Positions 9,331 through 17,668 of a DNA stretch of 64,000 bases are shown here, piece by piece. Source of the DNA: Rikenellaceae bacterium (GTDB lineage: Bacteria > Bacteroidota > Bacteroidia > Bacteroidales > Rikenellaceae); assembly GCA_047173765.1 (NCBI GenBank), contig JBCQUV010000002.1, positions 10,898 through 74,897 on the forward strand, in the 5' to 3' direction. The notes under the pieces are model-generated. The model saw nothing but the letters and a program-made list of their open reading frames with translations, was not told where the DNA came from and did no database searches. The stretch's first letter is position 1. Each line of letters opens with the position of its first letter. A program made the position numbers and the translations under genes.

Positions 9331-10539
9331 TTACTTCAAAAGCTCATCCATAAACTCTGTAGTAGACAACTCGCCGTAAGCTCCATGCTTTGCGGACTCT
9401 TCGTCGTAAGCCATCACTGCGTCTGGCTCACGGGTGGGGTTGTATATTACGAATGGCACCGACTCACGTGTGTGAGTGCGTAGTTCGCATGGTGTTGGAT
9501 GGTCGGGGAGCATCGCTATAGTCACGGGCTCCGACATCTCGGCTGCGGCTGCCATTATGGGTGCTACAACTCGCTGGTCTAAGTACTCTATGGTGCGTTG
9601 CTTAAGCTCCACATCGCCCTCGTGCCCAGCCTCGTCACTTGCCTCGATGTGGAGGTATACGAAATCTTGGGTTTTGAGTGCCTCTATCGCTGCCGCAGTC
9701 TTGCCCTCGTAGTTGGTGTCGTAGAGACCTGTTGCCCCCTCAACCTCCACAGGGTCTAAACCTGCATATACGCCAATGCCCTTTATGAGGTCTACGGCCG
9801 AAATCACCGTGCCACTCTTGACGTTGGGGTACTTCTGCATCATAGTCTCCATCTCGGGTTTGTAGCCTGGTGACCACGCCCATATCGAGTTTGCCATATC
9901 CTTGCCTGCTGCTGCACGCTTTAGGTTCACGGGGTGTTTGCTTAATATCTCTTGCGACTTTATGGTGAGGTCGTTAAGTAGCTTTGCTGTAGCCTCCGCA
10001 TCGGGCAAAGTGGGCTCAATCATAACATCCATGAATGGAGTACCTGGTACATCGTGCGGAGGTGTGCACTTTAGAGCCTTGTTGCCACCCTTGATTTTTA
10101 GGAGGTGTCGATATGATACACCCTTGTGGAAACTCACAGTGTCGTCACCCAACTCCGCTTGCAGAGCGTCTATAAGTTCCCATGCCTCCTCATTGGAGAT
10201 GTGACCTGCGGAGTGGTTCTTGATTTTTGCGTCCTCAATGCAGATGATGTTGCAGCGCATAGCCATCTCGCCTGGGAGTATTTCGACCCCCATTGATGCC
10301 GCCTCTAACGAGCCACGACCCTCGAACACTTTGCGCACATCGTAGCCCATAACCGCAAGATTAGCAATCTCACTACCTGGAGCAAATCCCTCGGGCACCG
10401 TCTCTAGCATACCACTGCGACCAAGCGCAGCGAGCCTATCCATCGCAGGCTTGGGAGTAGCTTGCAGAGTGGTCTTATCACCCAATTTCTCTATAGGGTG
10501 ACCTGCCATTCCGTCACCCAGAATTACTATATATTTCAT
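9331..10539 (-). CDS. Cofactor-independent phosphoglycerate mutase family protein (ApgM-like; proposed homoserine kinase substitute)
   Basis: ILGDGM, PGSEIANL, HIEASDEAGH, PDHPTP alkaline-phosphatase-superfamily motifs; between thrA and thrC. Confidence 0.88.
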   Translation of the reverse strand: MKYIVILGDGMAGHPIEKLGDKTTLQATPKPAMDRLAALGRSGMLETVPEGFAPGSEIANLAVMGYDVRKVFEGRGSLEAASMGVEILPGEMAMRCNIICIEDAKIKNHSAGHISNEEAWELIDALQAELGDDTVSFHKGVSYRHLLKIKGGNKALKCTPPHDVPGTPFMDVMIEPTLPDAEATAKLLNDLTIKSQEILSKHPVNLKRAAAGKDMANSIWAWSPGYKPEMETMMQKYPNVKSGTVISAVDLIKGIGVYAGLDPVEVEGATGLYDTNYEGKTAAAIEALKTQDFVYLHIEASDEAGHEGDVELKQRTIEYLDQRVVAPIMAAAAEMSEPVTIAMLPDHPTPCELRTHTRESVPFVIYNPTREPDAVMAYDEESAKHGAYGELSTTEFMDELLK

Positions 10540-10576
10540 AACTTACCTATTTTCTTTTAAGCCCTAGTTTAGCAAG

Positions 10577-10700
10577 TGAGTTTGACCAACAAGAGTGAAT
10601 TTTGGGGCATCGTGAGGATTTTTAACCGCAGCGTACTTTAGGTACGTGAGGATTAAAAACCGCAAGGATGTGCCAAAAGTCGCCTTGTTCGTCGAACTCA
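10577..10700 (+). repeat. ~124-bp palindromic element, family D (RPE-like), copy 1
   Basis: Imperfect rod TGAGTTTGAC...GTCGAACTCA with central AACCGCAGCGTAC-tttag-GTACGTGAGGATT. Confidence 0.8.
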
Positions 10701-10704
10701 AAGG

Positions 10705-13143
10705 TTAGCGGATGTTGGCGATACTTATGATATCCGCAAAAACTCCAGCCGCAGTCACCGCAGCACCTGCACCATAACCCTTAATCACCATAGGCAACTC
10801 TTTGTACCTCTCCGAAGTGAGCATCACAACACTGTTGCTACCAGCCAATTCGTAGAATGGGTGTTTAGAATCCACAGCCACCAAGTTCACCGAACCCTTG
10901 CCATTCTCCAACTTAGCCACAAAACGATAGCGCAGGTCATTATCCACAGCATATTGCCTATCAACCTCGAACTTAGCATCCAACGATGGGACATTAGCCC
11001 AGAAATCATCTACCGAACCCTCAAACAACTCATCGGGGATAAATAGATTCTTTTCGACCTCATCTCTTTCGAGTCTATATCCAGCCTCACGAGCAAGGAT
11101 TACGAGCTTACGAATAACATCCGAACCATTCAAATCGAGGCGTGGATCTGGCTCTGCGTAACCTGCCTCCTTAGCCATCATAATCGCCTTCGAGAGGGTT
11201 ATGTCCGATGTCATCTCATTGAATATAAAGTTCAAAGTTCCCGATACTACCGCCTCAATCTTGGTGATTGTGTCACCACTATTTATGAGTCCATTGATAG
11301 TCGAAATGATTGGAAGTCCTGCACCGACATTGGTTTCAAACAAGAACTTCACACCCCTCTTGCGAGCAATCTCTTTAAGCTCCACATATTTGTCATACTC
11401 CTCGGATGCCGCCACCTTATTGGCTGCCACAACCGACACATTGTTGCTAAGCAACTCCTTGTAAATAGTTGTGATTGGGGCACTTGCCGTACAATCCACA
11501 AACACGGAGTTAAAGATATTCATCTTCTTAATCTCCTCGCATATAATCTCGGGCGATGCCGCTTGTGACGACTCTGCAAGTAGTGCCTCATAATTATCTA
11601 GGTCGATTCCATCTCTATCGAATATGCAAACCTTCGATTTGGCAATTCCCACGACATTGATTTTAAGAGCCTTTTCGGCCAACAACTTAGGCTGCTGCGC
11701 ACGTATCTGCTCCACCAAATTGCGCCCCACAGTTCCCACACCTGCAATAAAGAGGTTGATAACTTGGTAATCCGACAAGAAGAACGAATCGTGAATAACA
11801 TTTAGAGCCTTGCGCAACTGCTTAGTCTGCACCACAAATGATATGTTGGTCTCGCTAGCACCCTGTGCACAAGCTATCACATTGATACCATTGCGACCCA
11901 AGATATTGAACAACTGACCTGCAATACCTGGCGTGAGACGCATGTTATCACCCACGATAGCCACCGTAGCCAAGTCGTGCTCGATGTTGGCTGGGTTCAT
12001 TGCACCCAACGAAATCTCGGGCTCAAACTCCTCATTGAGAAGCTCTGCCGCAGAGGCTGCATCTACGTTGCGCACGCCAAGCGATATATTGTTCTCTGAC
12101 GATGCCTGAGAGACCAAGAATACACTAATTCCGCCCTTAGCCAAAGCTTTGAATATGCGGTAATTAACACCCACAGCACCCATCATGCCCAATCCCGATA
12201 CTGTGATTAGTGAGGTGTCGTTGATTGACGATATACCCTTGATTGGCTTACCCTCCTCCTTGCTACGCTCACGAGTTATAAGTGTGCCTGGAGCATCCAC
12301 GTTGAATGTGTTGCGGATTACGATAGGTATGTTTTTGTGGTATACGGGGTATATTGTTGGCGGATATATAACCTTTGCGCCGAAGTTGCACAACTCCATA
12401 GCCTCCACAAACGACAACTTCTCTATGACGTAAGTGTTGTTTATAACCCTAGGGTCGGCAGTCATGAATCCATCTACGTCTGTCCAAATCTCCAAAATAT
12501 CTGCACCCAATGCGGCAGCCAAGATTGCGGCAGTGTAGTCCGAACCTCCACGACCTAGGGTTGTGATTTCGCCACTCTTTTTGTCTGAGGCTATAAATCC
12601 TGGCAACAACTTCACACGAGTCGAAACCTCCGCAAATTTGGCAGATATAAGAGCATTCGTAGCGTCGAAATCAACCACATGCTTACCAAATTGAGGGGTA
12701 GTCTTAATCAACTCACGTGAGTCTATGAGTGTTACATCATCAAAAATATATGAAATGATAGTCGATGACAACCTCTCACCATAGCTCACAATCGTATCCA
12801 TCGTCTTGGGCGACAAGTCGCGGATGAGGAATATGCCCGTGAATATATTGCACAAATCGTTAAACAGGGGTTGCAGCATGCTCTTCAGCTCCGCACGCCT
12901 TGGTGCTGGCACTATGCCATCAATCATATCGTGGTGGCGAAGAATCATCTTATCGAGAGTCTCACGATAAGTGTCACAACCTTTGTGTGCCGATGTTGCC
13001 GTAGCGATTAGAAGGTCTGTAATGCCTCCAAATGCCGATACCACAACAATCATCTCCTCCATCGAACCATTGACTATCTGCGCTACATTGCTCAGACTCT
13101 CTATTGAGCCAACCGATGTTCCACCAAATTTAAGTACTTTCAT
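10705..13143 (-). CDS. thrA: Bifunctional aspartokinase/homoserine dehydrogenase I
   Basis: MKVLKFGGTS start at 13143, TTLGRGGSDYTAA, ACT domains, GVGTVG, ETNVGAGLP, GYGAG. Confidence 0.97.
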   Translation of the reverse strand: MKVLKFGGTSVGSIESLSNVAQIVNGSMEEMIVVVSAFGGITDLLIATATSAHKGCDTYRETLDKMILRHHDMIDGIVPAPRRAELKSMLQPLFNDLCNIFTGIFLIRDLSPKTMDTIVSYGERLSSTIISYIFDDVTLIDSRELIKTTPQFGKHVVDFDATNALISAKFAEVSTRVKLLPGFIASDKKSGEITTLGRGGSDYTAAILAAALGADILEIWTDVDGFMTADPRVINNTYVIEKLSFVEAMELCNFGAKVIYPPTIYPVYHKNIPIVIRNTFNVDAPGTLITRERSKEEGKPIKGISSINDTSLITVSGLGMMGAVGVNYRIFKALAKGGISVFLVSQASSENNISLGVRNVDAASAAELLNEEFEPEISLGAMNPANIEHDLATVAIVGDNMRLTPGIAGQLFNILGRNGINVIACAQGASETNISFVVQTKQLRKALNVIHDSFFLSDYQVINLFIAGVGTVGRNLVEQIRAQQPKLLAEKALKINVVGIAKSKVCIFDRDGIDLDNYEALLAESSQAASPEIICEEIKKMNIFNSVFVDCTASAPITTIYKELLSNNVSVVAANKVAASEEYDKYVELKEIARKRGVKFLFETNVGAGLPIISTINGLINSGDTITKIEAVVSGTLNFIFNEMTSDITLSKAIMMAKEAGYAEPDPRLDLNGSDVIRKLVILAREAGYRLERDEVEKNLFIPDELFEGSVDDFWANVPSLDAKFEVDRQYAVDNDLRYRFVAKLENGKGSVNLVAVDSKHPFYELAGSNSVVMLTSERYKELPMVIKGYGAGAAVTAAGVFADIISIANIR

Positions 13144-13369
13144 TCTCTTTTTTCTATTTTTTGCCCCAGCTTTTTCTCGCCTCGGGGGATACATATACTA
13201 AGATTGCAAATTTACTACTTCTTGCCCAGAAATCAAAATATTAACTCCATATTCATCTTTTTTTTCGTGTGCAAAGTCGCAATATTCATCCTTTTTGAAA
13301 AAGGTGCCACTCGGGTTTTTGTTTTTTTAACAGAATATTCATATCTTGCTGGGTCGTTTCACCAAAAAC

Positions 13370-15220
13370 ATGCTTACAATGTTGCAACGTTTCAAATATC
13401 TAATTATCACATACTGCGCCACAGTTGCTTTGCTCGCAGCTCAGAGAATCCTATTTCTTGCCGTCTATTTCGACTCTGCTCGCAAATTTCCTATTGTAGA
13501 AATCCTAAAGAGTTTTTATTATGGCTTGACGCTCGATGTGTCGGTTGCGGGCTATATCATGATGTTGCCACTCCTTGTGCTCGTGCTCTCGGTGTGGATT
13601 CCACTCGGTGAGAGGTTTTGGAGGGGTGTGATGCTCACGTTTTTGACACTCATTGCGGTGGTGTCGTCTCTGATTTTGGCGGGGGATTTGGGGTTGTACG
13701 AATATTGGAACTTTAGGGTCGATAGCTCGGTGTTGTTCTATTTGGCATCGCCCAAGGCGGCTGCGGCAAGTGTTGTTATGCGAGATGTTTTGGTGTCGGG
13801 TGTGACATTTGCGGTTATGGTTTCGGCGATGTTTGCGAGCTATAGGTGGTGTGTGCATCGACTTAGTACTCCGAGGCTTAAGTGGTGGCAATCTGTGCTT
13901 TCGACTCTTGGACTGCTGCTTTGCGGAGGTGTGATGTTTGTGGGCATCAGGGGTGGCGTGTCGGTATCGGTTGCCAACCTTAGCAAGGTCTATTTCAGCC
14001 ACGAAGAGTTCTTGAATCATGCAGCCGTGAATCCTCAATTCTCTCTGCTCTCGACCATAGGTGAGGAGGATGATTTTGTGGGTAAATATCAATTTTTTTG
14101 GGCGGAGGAGCTGGCGCAAAATGTGGCAACTTGCATGCCCCAAATCGAGGGTGGCGAGGTCACGCCACTGCTCACCACGGAGCGTCCCAATATCCTATTT
14201 ATAATAGGTGAGAGCTTTTCGGGTTCAATCATAAATCTCGAAATTGAGGGCGAGGAGGTCATGCCTAACCTGCGCCGATTGGCTGCCGAGGGGGTATACT
14301 TCCCCAATGCCATAGCCAATAGTTTCCGCACCGACAGAGGTGTCACATCGACTCTATATGGCTTCCCGGCGCAACCTCGTACATCAATTATGAAGTACCC
14401 CATCAAGAGTCGTAAGTTGCCATCTTTGGCGGCAGAGCTGGCGAGTGAGGGTTACGCCACAGAGTTTATATATGGTGGCGATTTGAACTTTACCGATATG
14501 GCATCTATGTTGTACTCAACAGGTTGGCGAAATCTCAAATGGCAGCAAAACATCAAAACTAAGGTTAAGACCAACTCTAAGTGGGGCTTCGACGACCTCT
14601 TTATGAGCGACTTCGTAATCCAAAGCGTGGTGGATGCCTCCGCCGCAGGTACTCCATTTATCACAGGGTGGCTGACCCTAAGTAGCCATGAGCCTTTTGA
14701 GGTTCCGTACGACAAATTCGAAGATAAGGTGTTGAACTCCATGGCGTTTGCCGACGATGCTGTGGGTCGAGTGGTAGATTCTTTGCGCAATACATCGGCG
14801 TGGGATAATCTGCTTGTGATAATTGTTGCCGATCACGCCTACTCGTCATACCCCAAAGGGTTGAAGTATAATAGTTTATTGCGACATCGCATACCTCTAA
14901 TTTGGTGCGGCGGAGCTGTTGCAGAGTCCATGGTCGTGGATAAATATGTGGCGCAGATGGATATTGTTGCAACTCTGTTGTCGCAAATGGGGCTCAACCA
15001 CGACAAATTTGAGTTCAGCCGTGATATGATGAATAGTAACTTCCGCGAAAGGGGTTACTACGCCTTCTCGGATGGATTTGGAGTTGTGGATTCCAAGGGT
15101 TCAATCATATATGACAATAGCGCAGGGCGAATAATATCGCACGAGGGGGATACAACTCACCTCGAAATTCTTGGAAAAACCACCCTTCAGCAGACTATGA
15201 AGGTGTTGGAAGAGTATTAA
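13370..15220 (+). CDS. LTA synthase family / sulfatase-like membrane protein
   Basis: Five N-terminal TM segments, IRGG, PNILFIIGESF, TLSSHEPF, VADH. Confidence 0.85.
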   Translation: MLTMLQRFKYLIITYCATVALLAAQRILFLAVYFDSARKFPIVEILKSFYYGLTLDVSVAGYIMMLPLLVLVLSVWIPLGERFWRGVMLTFLTLIAVVSSLILAGDLGLYEYWNFRVDSSVLFYLASPKAAAASVVMRDVLVSGVTFAVMVSAMFASYRWCVHRLSTPRLKWWQSVLSTLGLLLCGGVMFVGIRGGVSVSVANLSKVYFSHEEFLNHAAVNPQFSLLSTIGEEDDFVGKYQFFWAEELAQNVATCMPQIEGGEVTPLLTTERPNILFIIGESFSGSIINLEIEGEEVMPNLRRLAAEGVYFPNAIANSFRTDRGVTSTLYGFPAQPRTSIMKYPIKSRKLPSLAAELASEGYATEFIYGGDLNFTDMASMLYSTGWRNLKWQQNIKTKVKTNSKWGFDDLFMSDFVIQSVVDASAAGTPFITGWLTLSSHEPFEVPYDKFEDKVLNSMAFADDAVGRVVDSLRNTSAWDNLLVIIVADHAYSSYPKGLKYNSLLRHRIPLIWCGGAVAESMVVDKYVAQMDIVATLLSQMGLNHDKFEFSRDMMNSNFRERGYYAFSDGFGVVDSKGSIIYDNSAGRIISHEGDTTHLEILGKTTLQQTMKVLEEY

Positions 15221-15329
15221 TTCCTAAAAATATTTAAAAAACATGTATGTGTACATTTGTTGATTATCAGTAATTTACATTAAGGCAGTGTTAAGAAAGT
15301 ATTAATAAATTAAAAAAATCACTAAAATA

Positions 15330-15361
15330 TTTGCACGATATGTAATTTTACCATACATTTG
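15330..15361 (+). promoter_or_regulatory. Bacteroidota primary-sigma promoter (-33 TTTG / -7 TACATTTG)
   Basis: TTTG at 15330-15333 and TACATTTG at 15354-15361, 20-nt spacer. Confidence 0.7.
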
Positions 15362-15364
15362 CCA

Positions 15365-15508
15365 ATGAAGTTTTAAGGTTCATTTTTAGGTTAGTTTTAG
15401 TTGGTTGAGGAGATCGGACGGCTGTAACACGCAAGTGTTACTAAGGTTCAAACAGGGAGTGGTTACCCTTTTTGGATTTAATGCCCCCGATTTACCTCAC
15501 TTTTTTTT
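15365..15508 (+). ncRNA. Candidate small RNA
   Basis: Own promoter, U/G-rich 5' segment, three-way junction with GCAA tetraloop, T8 tail, no sizeable ORF. Confidence 0.55.
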
Positions 15509-15517
15509 GAGCCTTTT

Positions 15518-15639
15518 TGAGGTTAAATAGGGTGGCATTTTTTGCACTTCCCTTGTCCTTCAAATCCTCACGTACTTCAGTACGCTGCGGTTTGAAGGAC
15601 TTCACGAAGCCCAAAAACTACTCACCCTATTTAACCTCA
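15518..15639 (-). repeat. Family D (RPE-like) element, copy 2, followed by a partial duplicate (15657-15692)
   Basis: 17-bp TIR TGAGGTTAAATAGGGTG/CACCCTATTTAACCTCA; central AATCCTCACGTAC-ttca-GTACGCTGCGGTT; 19-bp direct repeat at 15537 and 15657. Confidence 0.8.
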
Positions 15640-15729
15640 CCGCGTTGGAGTCGCTTATTTTTTGCACTTCCCTTGCCTCTGAAATGTTCACATTCCAAAA
15701 TCCCAAAAATTTTCACTACCTTTGTGCTC

Positions 15730-16284
15730 ATGGATACAGCACAACGACTTAGACACGAAAACATTGCGGAGTACATACTCTACATTTGGCAACTCGAAGA
15801 TCTGCTTCGAGCACTACAATTTAGCCCCGAGGCTATATACACCCAATTTGTAGCACCTCGAACTCAACTTGCACCCCAAGAGCAACACGCTCTGTTGGAG
15901 TGGTATGCACAAATTGGCGATCTACTCCAAAAGGAGGGCAAGGAGGAGCAAGGTCACATAGAGCACACCCTGCACCTGATTGCCGACCTGCACAACCTCC
16001 ACCTACAACTTCTCAAACTCCCAGTAGGAGCACGCTACCGAGCACTATACGCATCATTAGAGGAGGTGCTACCCAACTTGCGAGCAGTAATCAAAGGCGA
16101 TATATCCGACACGGAGCTATGTTTTAGAGCACTATACGCCACAATCCTCTACCGCATAAAAGGCGAGGGTGGTAAAAATGCCGTAGCCGACACCATAGAG
16201 TTCGTATCCCCCGTAATAGCCGAATTAGCTCTCACATTCCGCAAAGTGGAGACAGGAGAGATTGACCTATTTAAAAAAGAGTAA
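15730..16284 (+). CDS. DUF4924 family protein
   Basis: ENIAEYILYIWQLEDLLRA N-terminus typical of this Bacteroidota family; start at ATG 15730 just after TACCTTTG. Confidence 0.8.
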   Translation: MDTAQRLRHENIAEYILYIWQLEDLLRALQFSPEAIYTQFVAPRTQLAPQEQHALLEWYAQIGDLLQKEGKEEQGHIEHTLHLIADLHNLHLQLLKLPVGARYRALYASLEEVLPNLRAVIKGDISDTELCFRALYATILYRIKGEGGKNAVADTIEFVSPVIAELALTFRKVETGEIDLFKKE

Positions 16285-16289
16285 CAGCA

Positions 16290-16910
16290 ATGGATATAAT
16301 ACTAAAATATTTCCCCGACCTCAGCGAGCGTCAGCGTCAGCAATTCACCGACCTATATGATGTCTATGCCGATTGGAATGCCAAAATAAATGTGGTGTCA
16401 CGCAAAGATTTCGACCAGCTATATCTACGTCATGTGCTTCACTCGTTGGCTATTGCCAAGGTGTGTAGCTTTGCGGCCGATGCCAGAGTGTTGGATGTGG
16501 GGTGTGGTGGCGGATTCCCCTCTATTCCCCTAGCGATACTATTCCCTGATGTGCAGTTCACCGCTGTGGACTCCATAGGCAAGAAAATCACGGTTGTTAA
16601 GGGTGTTGCCGAGGCTCTAGGGATAGAGAATATTGCACCTCACAACTGCCGTGTAGAGCAGATTAAGGGCAAATTTGACTATGTCGTATCACGTGCGGTG
16701 ACCGACATGTCTACATTCGTAGGCTGGGTGTGGAACAAAATGGAGCGAGGGCAAAAGGGCACGCTGCGCAACGGCATACTCTACCTCAAAGGCGGAGAGC
16801 TAGCCGAGGAGTTGGCACTCACCCAAAAGCGATGGACGCTATACTCCATCCCCGAATTCTTCGACGAGGAGTTTTTCGAGACCAAAAAAGTGGTATACAC
16901 CCAAAGATAA
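16290..16910 (+). CDS. rsmG: 16S rRNA m7G527 methyltransferase
   Basis: WNAKINVVSRK, HVLHSL, LDVGCGGGFP, VVSRAV, YLKG. Confidence 0.96.
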   Translation: MDIILKYFPDLSERQRQQFTDLYDVYADWNAKINVVSRKDFDQLYLRHVLHSLAIAKVCSFAADARVLDVGCGGGFPSIPLAILFPDVQFTAVDSIGKKITVVKGVAEALGIENIAPHNCRVEQIKGKFDYVVSRAVTDMSTFVGWVWNKMERGQKGTLRNGILYLKGGELAEELALTQKRWTLYSIPEFFDEEFFETKKVVYTQR

Positions 16911-16919
16911 TCGTGCGTA

Positions 16920-17642
16920 ATGAAACGAATAGTGATAGTAGGTGCTTCGTCGGGCATAGGTCGTGAGGTGGCACGCCAATTTATAGCGGCAGGGTGGACT
17001 GTCGGTATTGCGAGTCGTCGCACCGAGCCTCTCGACGAGCTGAAGGCTTTAGCTCCCGAGCGTGTCCACACCTCGCAGATAGATGTGCAGGCGGAGGATG
17101 CACCCCAGAAACTCCTATTATTAATAGGTGCAATGGGTGGAATGGATACTTATCTGCACTCTTCGGGCATAGGTAAGCAGAACAAGGAGCTCACCCCCGA
17201 CATCGAAATCGAGACTCTGCGCACCAATGGCGAGGGTTTTGTGAGGATGATAACCTCGGCGTTCAACTATTTTCGCGGTCAAGGGCAGGGTGGGCACATT
17301 GCAGCTATAACCTCCGTGGCGGGTACTCGTGGCGGCGGAAATGCTCCTGCATACTCTGCCGTGAAGGCGTTTCAGAGTCGCTACCTGGATGGCTTGGCTC
17401 AGCTTTCGGGCGGCGAGAAGTTAGGTATCAAAATCACAGATATACGCCCTGGGTTTGTGGCTACTCCACTCATTGGCGACTGCCCCTACCCAATGGTTAT
17501 GAGTGCGGAGTATGCGGCACGCAAAATCACTAAGGTCGTAACTTCGCAGCGCAGGAGTGTGGTTGTGGATTGGAGATACTCGCTACTGGTGTTCGTGTGG
17601 AGGCTTATCCCCAGATTTGTGTGGGAGAGGATGTCGTTGTAG
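16920..17642 (+). CDS. SDR family oxidoreductase
   Basis: VGASSGIG Rossmann motif, YSAVK catalytic YxxxK, IRPGFV. Confidence 0.92.
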   Translation: MKRIVIVGASSGIGREVARQFIAAGWTVGIASRRTEPLDELKALAPERVHTSQIDVQAEDAPQKLLLLIGAMGGMDTYLHSSGIGKQNKELTPDIEIETLRTNGEGFVRMITSAFNYFRGQGQGGHIAAITSVAGTRGGGNAPAYSAVKAFQSRYLDGLAQLSGGEKLGIKITDIRPGFVATPLIGDCPYPMVMSAEYAARKITKVVTSQRRSVVVDWRYSLLVFVWRLIPRFVWERMSL

Positions 17643-17668
17643 ATTATATACCCCTCCCCAATCGTTGT

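Noticed and set aside
9205-9483. 92-aa and 60-aa ORFs over family C copies (also 61842-62024) with similar TARAASHRPP/TARRREAVP text
   Set aside because: Translations of the shared DNA repeat in different frames; frame and length are not conserved
13144-13260. Thr/Ile leader-peptide attenuator before thrA
   Set aside because: No Thr-rich ORF or terminator between the TAAATTTG promoter (13207-13214, minus) and the start codon
15517-15729. 71-aa N-terminal extension of the DUF4924 ORF reading through the RPE-like element (would mirror RPE in-frame insertions)
   Set aside because: TTG start directly after a terminator; a -7 promoter sits just before ATG 15730 and family similarity begins there
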